From positions 226,888 to 290,887 of the IMG/VR virus record IMGVR_UViG_3300042540_001399: 64,000 nucleotides of DNA; one strand, given 5' to 3'. Position numbers and translations under genes: made by a program. This document shows, one piece after another, positions 7,844 through 16,643 of this stretch. Within the stretch, counting starts at the first letter, position 1. The number at the start of each line of letters is the position of its first letter. The notes under the pieces were generated by a model. It was not told where the DNA came from and made no database searches. It saw only the letters and a program-made list of their open reading frames with translations.

Positions 7844-8680
7844 ATGTTACTTAAAGTAGGATCAGAAGGGGCTGATGTAAAAAAACTCCAAGAAAAATTA
7901 GGTGTTGAAACAATAGGAAAGTTTGGACCTAAAACCGAAGCTGCGGTAAAAGCATGGCAAAAAGCAAATGGATTAAAAGATGATGGTATTGTTGGTGATG
8001 CAACTTGGAGCAAAATGTTTGGGGAATCTACCCCAAAAACAAATGTTATTAAAGAAGATGTTGTTATACCAAGTGGTGGTCCTTTAAATATTGAAAAGTT
8101 AAAAGGACACATACCTGATTCTGTTTTGGCCCAAATTCCGGAAACCGCAAAAAAATTTAATATTACAAACAATTTAAGATTAGCACACTTTTTATCACAA
8201 TGTGGTCATGAATCTGGTGGATTCAAAGCTGTCAGTGAAAATTTAAATTATTCAGCCGATGGTTTAAAAAAGATTTTTGGAAAATACTTTCCGGGTAACC
8301 TGAATGAATCTTACGCTCGTAAACCCGAAAAAATTGCGTCCCGTGTTTATGGTAACAGGATGGGAAATGGTGATGAGGCGTCAGGCGAAGGATATAAATT
8401 CAGAGGTAGGGGTTACATCCAACTTACAGGAAAAAGTAACTATACAAATTTTTCTAAATTTATAGGTGAAGATTGTGTTTCAAATCCTGATTTAGTTGCA
8501 ACAAAATATCCTTTAGCGTCTGCGGCATTCTTTTTTGATTCAAATAAATTGTGGTCTATTTGTGACAAGGGAGCCGATGATGCCACTGTTACATCTGTAA
8601 CCAAAAGAGTTAATGGGGGAATTTTAGGTTTATCAGACAGAATTAAACACTTTAAAGAGTATTATAACCTTATTAAGTGA
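7844..8680 (+). CDS. Endolysin: peptidoglycan-binding domain plus glycoside hydrolase family 19
   Basis: PG_binding_1 (LKVGSEGADVKKLQEKL..GKFGPKTEAAVKAWQ..DGIVGDATW) and GH19 motifs (LAHFLSQCGHES, ENLNYS, FRGRGYIQLTGKSNY, TKRVNGG). Confidence 0.93.
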   Translation: MLLKVGSEGADVKKLQEKLGVETIGKFGPKTEAAVKAWQKANGLKDDGIVGDATWSKMFGESTPKTNVIKEDVVIPSGGPLNIEKLKGHIPDSVLAQIPETAKKFNITNNLRLAHFLSQCGHESGGFKAVSENLNYSADGLKKIFGKYFPGNLNESYARKPEKIASRVYGNRMGNGDEASGEGYKFRGRGYIQLTGKSNYTNFSKFIGEDCVSNPDLVATKYPLASAAFFFDSNKLWSICDKGADDATVTSVTKRVNGGILGLSDRIKHFKEYYNLIK

Positions 8681-8716
8681 TATTTATAATAAAATAAACC
8701 ATAAAAAACAAATTTT

Positions 8717-8884
8717 ATGAAATTAACTAAAGAACAAATTATGGGAATTATCAGACACGGACTAACATTCGTAGGTGGTATTCTTATAATGAAAGGGCTT
8801 GTTACTGAGTCAGTCGTTGCAGACATAACTGGTGCACTTATGACTTTAACAGGTGCTATTTGGTCTATTGTTGATAAAAAATAA
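8717..8884 (+). CDS. Small 2-TM holin-like protein (55 aa, not in ORF track)
   Basis: MKLTKEQIMGIIRHGLTFVGGILIMKGLVTESVVADITGALMTLTGAIWSIVDKK, directly after the endolysin; resembles Pam3-gp28-type putative holins. Confidence 0.75.
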   Translation: MKLTKEQIMGIIRHGLTFVGGILIMKGLVTESVVADITGALMTLTGAIWSIVDKK

Positions 8885-8901
8885 ATTGTGTAAATAGACT
8901 T

Positions 8902-8930
8902 AAAAACCCTCGATAATTTCGGGGGTTTTT
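8902..8930 (+). terminator. Rho-independent terminator
   Basis: AAAAACCCTCGA-TAAT-TTCGGGGGTTTTT hairpin with U tract. Confidence 0.75.
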
Positions 8931-8967
8931 ATTTTTGTAACATATTTATTATATAAAAATTAAATTT

Positions 8968-9624
8968 ATGAAAAAGTTGATAACTGAAAACGAAAAAAAT
9001 AGAATTAGAAAAATGAATTCTATTGATGAAAGTTTATTTTCAGATGTGTTGGCATCAATACAAAAATCAGAAACTTTTCAGGATCTTAAAAAGAAATTCA
9101 AGGAATTAACGGGTGTTGACTTTGAAGAAAAAGAAAAGTCGGGAGATGTAAGCAAAGATTTCAAAAATTATAAAATTACCGAACCTAATGATGATGACAT
9201 CAAGTTTTATAAAAAAATACTTGAAAAATTGGACGCACCTAATACTAAAGAAAATTTAGCGTTTCTTTACGCGTGGAGACAAGCGGAGGGTGCAAAATCC
9301 GCCTTTAACCCTTTTAATACCACACAAGAAATGGATAGTTCAACATTTATGAACTGTCTGAAGAAAAAAGATAATAAGTGTATTGGGGGAGTTAGAAATT
9401 ATAAATCTGAAAAAGATGGAATAGATGCTACAGTCAAAACTTTGAAAAATGGTAGATATGATTGTATTGTTAATGGTTTACAAAAAAATAAAGGGTCAAA
9501 AGATATCGCCAAATGTAGTTCTTTAGATACTTGGGGAACAAAAGACGGTATTTTAAGAGTTTTAGATGGTGGTAAAATAAATCCACCTGAAATATCAAGA
9601 TCCACAATAAAAAAAGTTGATTAA
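8968..9624 (+). CDS. Virion-type protein with lysozyme-like C-terminal domain
   Basis: AWRQAEG..FNPFNTTQ..GVRNY..DGIDATVKTLKNGRY pattern; N-terminal LITE..RIRKM..IDES motif. Confidence 0.55.
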   Translation: MKKLITENEKNRIRKMNSIDESLFSDVLASIQKSETFQDLKKKFKELTGVDFEEKEKSGDVSKDFKNYKITEPNDDDIKFYKKILEKLDAPNTKENLAFLYAWRQAEGAKSAFNPFNTTQEMDSSTFMNCLKKKDNKCIGGVRNYKSEKDGIDATVKTLKNGRYDCIVNGLQKNKGSKDIAKCSSLDTWGTKDGILRVLDGGKINPPEISRSTIKKVD

Positions 9625-9625
9625 T

Positions 9626-10234
9626 ATGGAAGAATACGTAGGGATTATTATTGCGTTTATAACAGGTGTGTTGGGACCAATATTACTTTTATACTTGAAA
9701 AACAAATTAGAAAAAAAAGAAAAGCCAGACATGGTCAAAGACACTCTGAGAGTTGCTGAGTTGGTAAATAATAAAATTGAACATATTCGTGAAGAATTTA
9801 ATGCCGATCGTGTTTGGGTTACACAATTTCATAATGGTGGTAATTTTTATCCTACAGGTAAATCAATGGCAAAATTTTCAATAATGTATGAAACAGTAAA
9901 TTCTGGCGTTTCTTCAGTTCAAACTAATTTTCATAATATACCTGTTAACCTTTTTTCTAAGTCTATAAATCAATTATTAAATAACGATACTATTGAAATT
10001 GCCGACTACAAAGATGAAACAATAGCAACTTACGGACTAAAATATATTGCTGAAGATACAGGTTGTAAATCAAGTTACTTATTTGCAATAAAAACAATTG
10101 ATGAAAAGTTTATTGGTACATTAGGTTTAGATTATACCAAAAGAAAAACTAAATTAGATATTGAATCTATAAATCATTTATTGGTTCACGCAACGTCTTT
10201 AGGTGGTGTTTTGATGACACACTTGTCTGAATAA
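9626..10234 (+). CDS. N-terminal TM plus GAF-like domain protein (T4 holin T-like architecture)
   Basis: TM GIIIAFITGVLGPILLLYL; GAF-like region NADRVWVTQFHNGG...LFAIKTIDEKFIGTLGLDY. Confidence 0.55.
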   Translation: MEEYVGIIIAFITGVLGPILLLYLKNKLEKKEKPDMVKDTLRVAELVNNKIEHIREEFNADRVWVTQFHNGGNFYPTGKSMAKFSIMYETVNSGVSSVQTNFHNIPVNLFSKSINQLLNNDTIEIADYKDETIATYGLKYIAEDTGCKSSYLFAIKTIDEKFIGTLGLDYTKRKTKLDIESINHLLVHATSLGGVLMTHLSE

Positions 10235-10269
10235 TTTTTTATTACAAAAAAATTTATTATTTTTGTAGT

Positions 10270-10758
10270 ATGAATATTTTTTTTCTTGACTACGATACCC
10301 AAAAATGTGCACAATATCATTGCGATAAACATGTGGTCAAGATGGTATTAGAAACTGCACAACTTTTATGTGGGGTTCATCATACAACCCCCCAAGTTAC
10401 CCCCCAAGTTCCCTACAAGTTATCCCACAAAAATCACCCATGCGCAATATGGACTCGTGAAAGTTTATCAAACTACTTATATCTTTGTGATCTTGGTTTA
10501 GAATTATGTAATGAATATAGTTTTAGATATGGTAAAACACATAAGTCACAACAAGTAATCGAGTGGTGTCTTGATAATAAACCAAACATAGTTGATAAAG
10601 GTTTTACCACACCACCAAAAGCAATGCCCGATGAATATAAAGTTTTTGACGTTATTGAATCTTATAGAAACTACTATCGTGGGGCAAAAAAAAGTTTTGC
10701 TTCATGGAAAAATAGACAAATACCCGATTGGTTTCAAACTGATGAAGTATTTATATGA
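10270..10758 (+). CDS. Pyrimidine-dimer DNA glycosylase / endonuclease V-like protein
   Basis: MNIFFLD..CAQYHCDKHVVKMVLETAQLL and HKNHPCAIW motifs of the Pyr_excise family; TATTTTTG promoter element at 10258. Confidence 0.8.
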   Translation: MNIFFLDYDTQKCAQYHCDKHVVKMVLETAQLLCGVHHTTPQVTPQVPYKLSHKNHPCAIWTRESLSNYLYLCDLGLELCNEYSFRYGKTHKSQQVIEWCLDNKPNIVDKGFTTPPKAMPDEYKVFDVIESYRNYYRGAKKSFASWKNRQIPDWFQTDEVFI

Positions 10759-12296
10759 TAAAATCATATATGAAAGGTTTATTAAATGAACATTTGACTA
10801 GAATAAGATCATTGATGTCTATCAATGAATCTTTAGTTGATGCATACCCAAAATTTTCGAAAAAAATATTTGATGAAGTAGACCCTACTTGGGGTGGTGG
10901 GCCAAATTCGCATTCATCAAGACACCCTGATGCATCCGGCAAAGATTGGTTTAGTAATAACGCATACGACATCATGGCACCTGAAGGGACACCAATATAT
11001 TCAATATCGGAAGGTTATGTTGATAAAATTACCGACAATCCACCAGGTTTAAGATCAGTTGGTGGTAAGAGAATTTATGGGGACAGTTTAACCATTAGAG
11101 GAACAGGGGGTGATCCCGATGTTTTCTACACACATGTAACAAAAATTGTTGTTGAAGAGGGACAATACGTTGATAGGGGTCAATTATTAGCATTCATAAT
11201 CAAAGGGGAGTTGGGTATACCTGAACACGTTCATGTTGCAGTAAAAGTTGGTGATGTGAAAGATTTCTTAGATGTTGATGGAAACATAAACAGAGTCAAT
11301 ATTGATTTAGTGGATAGACTAAAAATCTTACCAACAAACAAGGAACTTGAAGTGACAACCGACCCAAAAACAATAATGGGCGCTGCGGCCGGTCTTACCG
11401 CATCAGCTATAAGTTCTTTAAATATTAATAGACCTGAGTCTGACATCAGTGGCATTGCAACAAGATTCGGTATTAAAGATACTGATGTTAACATGGATTC
11501 GGTATCAGGTGTTTTGAATAAAATAATATTATCTTCTGAAGGTCTTGGTACTGATGAAACTGGAATTCATGATGCAATAAAGAAATTAAAAAGTTGTTAT
11601 GAACTTGATGAAATTAACAAAATTGTAGAAAGAAAAGAAATCGACGGAAAAAAATACAAAGACATTTATGATTATATAAATAGTGAAATGAATTATGGTG
11701 ATGAGCTGTTTGTAAAAAGTTTAGTAAAAACCATAAATAATATATGTCCTGATACCGTAACTGATAAAGGTACTCAAATAGTGAAAGTAACAAGATCATC
11801 ATCTTTAGGATCTGGAATCGATAGAGTCAGTCCTATAAAATTATTAAATGATCTAAAATCATATGGATTATCTGATAAGGCCGCCAAAGGTGTTGTTGCG
11901 AATGCTTTTGGTGAAAGTGGGTTTAACGTTAAGGCTAAAGGAGATTCTGGACCCAACGCCGAAAACAACACAAGATCAATAAATATAGATGGTAAAAAAT
12001 ACTGTTCGTTTGGATTGTGGCAATATAATGTCTGTGGTGGTATGGGGGTTTCTTATTTGAAGAACTATAATATAGATGTTGACAGATCAACAGACGCTGA
12101 AAAAATCAGGGTTCTATTTGATTATAATAAACAAATTGAATTTATGTCTAAAAGAATTAAAGAAGAACAATCCAAAAGCGAAAAAGATGTTAGAACATGG
12201 ATTGATTGGATTGTTGATAATGTAGAAAGACCATCAGATAGATACGGTGCAAAAATGAAAAGACAAGAATTTGCAAAACAACAAGGTTGGTCTTAA
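10755..12296 (+). CDS. Multidomain wall hydrolase: M23 peptidase, annexin-like repeat, phage tail lysozyme
   Basis: M23 (AYDIMAPEGTPIY..YTHV..HVHVAV); GLGTDE annexin-like segment; tail lysozyme (GLSDKAAKGVVANAFGESGFN..SFGLWQYN). Confidence 0.8.
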   Translation: MIKSYMKGLLNEHLTRIRSLMSINESLVDAYPKFSKKIFDEVDPTWGGGPNSHSSRHPDASGKDWFSNNAYDIMAPEGTPIYSISEGYVDKITDNPPGLRSVGGKRIYGDSLTIRGTGGDPDVFYTHVTKIVVEEGQYVDRGQLLAFIIKGELGIPEHVHVAVKVGDVKDFLDVDGNINRVNIDLVDRLKILPTNKELEVTTDPKTIMGAAAGLTASAISSLNINRPESDISGIATRFGIKDTDVNMDSVSGVLNKIILSSEGLGTDETGIHDAIKKLKSCYELDEINKIVERKEIDGKKYKDIYDYINSEMNYGDELFVKSLVKTINNICPDTVTDKGTQIVKVTRSSSLGSGIDRVSPIKLLNDLKSYGLSDKAAKGVVANAFGESGFNVKAKGDSGPNAENNTRSINIDGKKYCSFGLWQYNVCGGMGVSYLKNYNIDVDRSTDAEKIRVLFDYNKQIEFMSKRIKEEQSKSEKDVRTWIDWIVDNVERPSDRYGAKMKRQEFAKQQGWS

Positions 12297-12358
12297 TTTT
12301 TTTTTAGTACCTATTGTTTTATAGTTTTATTATTTATATAATTAAAAAAAAAGAAAAA

Positions 12359-12502
12359 ATGGAAGATATCAATCAATTAGAAAATGAAATTTTTGCCTAC
12401 ATCAATGATAAAGGTCAAGAAGTTTTTACACCTAATTTTGAATTTGCGAACATCATGGCAAAAAAATATGGTACTTTAAAAGTTTTTGTACAAAAATTTT
12501 AA
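12359..12502 (+). CDS. Small hypothetical protein (47 aa)
   Basis: ATG at 12359 after A-rich leader; TATTTAT at 12331. Confidence 0.5.
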   Translation: MEDINQLENEIFAYINDKGQEVFTPNFEFANIMAKKYGTLKVFVQKF

Positions 12503-12521
12503 AAAAAAAATTACAAAGTAC

Positions 12522-12552
12522 TTGACAGATACAAATAAATGTAGTAACTTTG
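12522..12552 (+). promoter_or_regulatory. Promoter upstream of the large ncRNA
   Basis: TTGACA (12522-12527), 17-nt spacer, TAACTTTG (12545-12552), which also matches the Bacteroidota TAnnTTTG element. Confidence 0.6.
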
Positions 12553-12559
12553 TAAAACA

Positions 12560-13490
12560 AATCAGGAAAAGACCTGAAACGTTCTTTGAAAAATAGATTA
12601 TCCGTTCAGGAAAAGTTTTGTCAGATTCTATGACAAGTAATTGGAATGAAATTTCCATCTTTGAATGATAAAGATATTGGGCCGTGTATAGTCCATAAAA
12701 TAAACTACGAAAGTAGGATAAAGTGAACCCTTAAGTGTGTTGGGTTTGCGGCTTCTTCGGGAGCTTGAGTACACAAGCGGGATACCATTTTGGCTTTAGT
12801 ATTGAGGGCAACGCTGTAAAGAATAAGGCAAAATGATTTGGCGATGTGGGTCGTCTGATTGAGGTGGGAACACCAATAGGAATAACCCGTAGGAATATTG
12901 CAAGACTCAAAGTCATCCAACTTTAATATTGCGTTTTCCAATATAATAGGTTACTTAAAACCAAGTGGAAGGACCACAAGGTAAGATGTAGAACGAGTGG
13001 TGTCGCTAACATCCTTCACTCAGGTTTACCAAAACCCGGTGATGAAGTAGTCTAAAAATATGGAGGTAGGGATATCTCACGGAGTAGTTGAGTATCGACT
13101 CGTTCAAAAGATGGGTTGGCTCGGTTGGCGGACCACTACTTCGACAATCCACGACACAAAACTTATGACTATTGAATTAAGTCCATTAATTAATACATTA
13201 AGGAAAAGTGTCCGTCAGGTTTGGATGAAAGGTGACTACATAGTAATGAGCCGTTCATTGCACACAGAGATCCCAAGTCGATGTGTAATTATCCGAAAAA
13301 CCTTTAGTCCCGCAAGGACGAGTTGGGAAGGCATTCTCGAAAAGAGTAGATTAGGATGAGAGTAATTCAAACCTTAAGGAGTGGTAAACCTAAAAGACCG
13401 TCACTGAGAAATACTTCTCAAAAGGAAGTGGATAAGAGTAGAAACAATAATGACTCTAAAGGTTCTCACACAAACGTGTAATCTCAGCGT
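12560..13490 (+). ncRNA. Large structured ncRNA, GOLLD-like
   Basis: ~0.9 kb without a credible ORF, GC-richer than flanks, bracketed by promoter and terminator; tetraloop hairpins CTAC-GAAA-GTAG (12705-12716) and GCTTC-TTCG-GGAGC (12751-12764); long-range pairs GGAGTAG/CTACTTC (13081/13136) and CTGAGA/TCTCAG (13404/13482); boundaries approximate. Confidence 0.65.
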
Positions 13491-13523
13491 TTTATTTTAA
13501 TGGAGCCACCGGTAAAGAACATT

Positions 13524-13545
13524 AGGGACTGATAGTCCCTTTTTT
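13524..13545 (+). terminator. Rho-independent terminator after the ncRNA
   Basis: AGGGACT-GAT-AGTCCCT followed by T tract. Confidence 0.75.
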
Positions 13546-13565
13546 GTTTTATAATATTTATATAT

Positions 13566-13775
13566 ATGACAACAATTCACGAAGTCCAACAAGTTCTAAC
13601 AGTAAACACTCCTTTTGGCGAAGCTCAAGTTTTATTTATTATTGATTATGGAATCCATAGAAATTCAATATGGGTATGTTCATCATTTGATGATGGTAAA
13701 ATAAGACATTTTGATACCAATCAGATATCTGTTACAATAAATCATACATTAAATTTCAATATGAAAGATAAATAA
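13566..13775 (+). CDS. Hypothetical protein (69 aa)
   Basis: ATG ORF preceded by TATTTAT (13555). Confidence 0.65.
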   Translation: MTTIHEVQQVLTVNTPFGEAQVLFIIDYGIHRNSIWVCSSFDDGKIRHFDTNQISVTINHTLNFNMKDK

Positions 13776-13848
13776 TTGCTTTTTCTGATTTATCATATAT
13801 TTATTATTAAAAATATAATAAAATAATAAAAAAAACAAAATTAAAATT

Positions 13849-14310
13849 ATGAAAAGAATTGTTAGATTAACTGAGTCAGATCTTACTAGAATAGTAAGAA
13901 GAGTTATTAGCGAACAAACAAAACCATCGGCTAAGGATTATTTTGTCAACGAAAATCAAACTTCAATGCCAGGAGGGACAAACTTTTTTGCCGTAACTTC
14001 GGTTGGAGCTCCTACACCAATTAAAGATGGAAATTACAAAAGTTTCCAAGTAACTGTTTCAGGTGTCCAATATTATAAAAGTACTAGTGGTGAAGGATGG
14101 AAAAAAACAAGAAATTTTACAGAAAAACTACAACACAGATGTGGAGCTAAAGCTAACTTTTGGGCCGCAGAGTGGAATGGTGGTATTCCTGAAGTAGATA
14201 CGGGTTCTGCGGGATATGTATCAAAAATGGGAGGTGGATTAGAGTCGACTTCAAATACGTACTGTAATTCAAAAGGAGCTAAGAACCAATCAAGTATTGG
14301 ACTTATGTAA
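13849..14310 (+). CDS. Hypothetical virion-type protein
   Basis: N-terminal RLTESDLTRIVRRVISEQ motif; TATTTAT at 13798. Confidence 0.7.
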   Translation: MKRIVRLTESDLTRIVRRVISEQTKPSAKDYFVNENQTSMPGGTNFFAVTSVGAPTPIKDGNYKSFQVTVSGVQYYKSTSGEGWKKTRNFTEKLQHRCGAKANFWAAEWNGGIPEVDTGSAGYVSKMGGGLESTSNTYCNSKGAKNQSSIGLM

Positions 14311-14327
14311 TCAAAATACAAACAAAT

Positions 14328-14355
14328 AAAAAAACCCTCAATTGAGGGTTTTTTT
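14328..14355. terminator. Bidirectional terminator
   Basis: A7-CCCTCA-AT-TGAGGG-T7 between convergent genes. Confidence 0.8.
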
Positions 14356-14377
14356 ATTTTATTAATATAGTTCTTGA

Positions 14378-14929
14378 TTATTTGTCAAAAACATTTGTAT
14401 CACTATCGGTGAACATTTCATTAAAATCCCTAGTATCTACAGAATATACCCCTTTGTAGTCATCACCATCCTTCCAAATAATTTGTAACTTAGGGTAGTT
14501 AGGATTATCTTTCAAATTGATGATCATTAATTTTTCTGTAATATCATTGTAATACCCTGTTTTATCTGTTACTGAAAAAAATGCAAAATCGGCGTTAGAT
14601 TTAATCATTTTAATATCTAAAGTGTATGTTTTATCAACGATAGAGTCATTTTGGTCGTAATCATAAAAATGATGACTTAATACGTTTTTATCAAAATCAA
14701 AAGTATAAATTTGAAATCCTTCAGTGATAGAATCACTAATTTTATTTTTGAATGAACCTACAGACATTGGGAAATCGGTATAATCAATCTGTTTTGTTGA
14801 ATTAACAAAGATTTGTTTGGTCCCATCCAAAGGTTGTGATTTTGTCCCTGTGAATACTTCTTTAGTAACAAAAGATGAAAAAAGTACTATTGATAAAAGT
14901 ACGAAGATGGATTTGAAGATTGTTTTCAT
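14378..14929 (-). CDS. Exported hypothetical protein
   Basis: Signal-peptide-like N-terminus MKTIFKSIFVLLSIVLFSSF; TATATTTG element on the minus strand at 14967-14974. Confidence 0.7.
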   Translation of the reverse strand: MKTIFKSIFVLLSIVLFSSFVTKEVFTGTKSQPLDGTKQIFVNSTKQIDYTDFPMSVGSFKNKISDSITEGFQIYTFDFDKNVLSHHFYDYDQNDSIVDKTYTLDIKMIKSNADFAFFSVTDKTGYYNDITEKLMIINLKDNPNYPKLQIIWKDGDDYKGVYSVDTRDFNEMFTDSDTNVFDK

Positions 14930-15051
14930 GGGTTTTTATTTTTTAGTTATTAAATTATTAATAATACAAATATATGTGGTTTTTTTTAATTTACAAACAC
15001 AAAATTTGTTTTTTTTCTTTTTTCCCCATCAAATATGATGGGGATTTCAGA

Positions 15052-15442
15052 TGGTGGAGGCGGAGGGACTCGAACCCTCGTCCATAATATCCTGTCAGAT
15101 AAGGACTACATGTTTAGGTTGATATTTTCTAATATCCCAAAATAGTTGATTTGTTCTTCACCATCGTAAATCAACAACCAATGGTCCCGAATCGGATTTA
15201 GAGAGCCATCCGGTGTGCTCTATCAAACTACGACTTCTGTTGCTAGGTTATATGTCTGCCGACCCCCCGTTTCCGTAAACTTCTTAAGCTACAGTAACTT
15301 CAGAACCTCTTACTAATCCAAGAGTTTCCATTTTGTTTAGCACATTGCCAGTTGTTTTCTAAGTCAGTTTTTAAAGAGATTAACTCAGTCCCTACATGCC
15401 CTTATTCTTCAGCCAATACCTGTCAAATCCAAAAACGCCCCC
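15052..15442 (-). ncRNA. ssrA: tmRNA
   Basis: 5' GGGGGCGTTTTTGGATTTGACAGG; 3' GAGGGTTCGAGTCCCTCCGCCTCCACCA; G3.U70 wobble in the acceptor stem; internal tag ORF 15349-15284. Confidence 0.93.
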
Positions 15443-15534
15443 ATATTTTCAATGAACTTTTAATATAAATATTATAAGTACAAATATAAGTACTATTTTA
15501 ATTATATCCAAATTTGGGTATATTTATTTTTAAG

Positions 15535-16614
15535 ATGTCTGAACACAGTGAAATATACGATTTTTTGAAAAAAGTTTCCAAAGGTGACACATCATTTATG
15601 CCATATAGTAGATGGAATTTACCTTACCCAATTTATGATATAAAGTATAACAGCCAATCACCAGCGTCAAGTGTTATTTGGATTGAATTTGAAAATACCG
15701 AAAAATATTTAAATGCCTTAGGGATCGATGATGATGAAGATATATTTGTTTGGAATAGATTTATGGAAAATTACTATTATGACGATTATGATTACTACCG
15801 TTATGAAGAAGATTGGAAAGAAGGTTATATTATAAAAGATTTCAATCCTGAAAACATCCGATTAGTTGAAAATATACTTATGTTATCTAATCCTTCATTA
15901 AGTCTAGATATTAATAATGATGAAAGTTGTTCTAATGTTTCCTTGTATTTGTCAAGAAGATTTGATGATATTGATTACATTATTAGTGAATTTGGTAATC
16001 TAAATGAAGATTGTAAACGAAGAGCGGTAGTTGACGTTTTAGATAATGAAACTAAAAATCCATTTCGTAAATTTGGTATCACTGAAATTTATAAAAGACA
16101 CAGATTCAAAACTACTGTTAATGTGTTATTACATTGGTATAACGTAATTGACAATAAAGAATTAGACCTAATTGAATTATTACAAGAACTACTGAAAAAA
16201 TTTGATAATGAAAGTAGAGGTAATTGGTATGAGTTAGAATATAATGTTTGGTGTGATGATTTTGACAATGAATCGTTTCAAAAGGAAACAAAAAGAAACT
16301 TAGAAAAAATTATAGAAAATTTGGAAGAAAGTATTGAAGGAAAGGTTGATCTTGAAACAATAAATTCCTTATATAATAAAGTCATAAGTTTGGGTGGGTT
16401 TGGTAGATGGATTAATATTAAAGAAAAGAAAGCTGAAGTTAACTTTAGAGATTTGGATACTAAAAAAGGGATACTAAAATTTTACTATAGAAGCCCACAA
16501 ACCGGAAAGGCAACTGAAGAAAGGTCTGTCAAAAATTTGGAAGAACTCAACTTATCACTTTATCAACCTGAGCTTTTTGAGCATGTAAAAAAAATCAAGA
16601 AAATTATATTGTAA
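15535..16614 (+). CDS. Hypothetical acidic protein
   Basis: Long ORF; ATG 15535 chosen because TATTTAT lies at 15521. Confidence 0.7.
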   Translation: MSEHSEIYDFLKKVSKGDTSFMPYSRWNLPYPIYDIKYNSQSPASSVIWIEFENTEKYLNALGIDDDEDIFVWNRFMENYYYDDYDYYRYEEDWKEGYIIKDFNPENIRLVENILMLSNPSLSLDINNDESCSNVSLYLSRRFDDIDYIISEFGNLNEDCKRRAVVDVLDNETKNPFRKFGITEIYKRHRFKTTVNVLLHWYNVIDNKELDLIELLQELLKKFDNESRGNWYELEYNVWCDDFDNESFQKETKRNLEKIIENLEESIEGKVDLETINSLYNKVISLGGFGRWINIKEKKAEVNFRDLDTKKGILKFYYRSPQTGKATEERSVKNLEELNLSLYQPELFEHVKKIKKIIL

Positions 16615-16643
16615 TTGTTAATTAATTTTCATAAATTTGTATA

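Noticed and set aside
10388-10412. CCCCCAAGTT duplication in the glycosylase gene
   Set aside because: A short in-frame TPQV duplication; no evidence of a phase-variable function
12705-13359. ORFs 12705-12941, 12731-12916 and 13060-13359
   Set aside because: Fall in the structured GC-richer RNA region; atypical composition and no leader signal
12560-13490. rRNA fragment or group I intron as the explanation for the GC-richer region
   Set aside because: No recognisable 16S/23S conserved blocks or group I P7 core; no interrupted host gene flanks it
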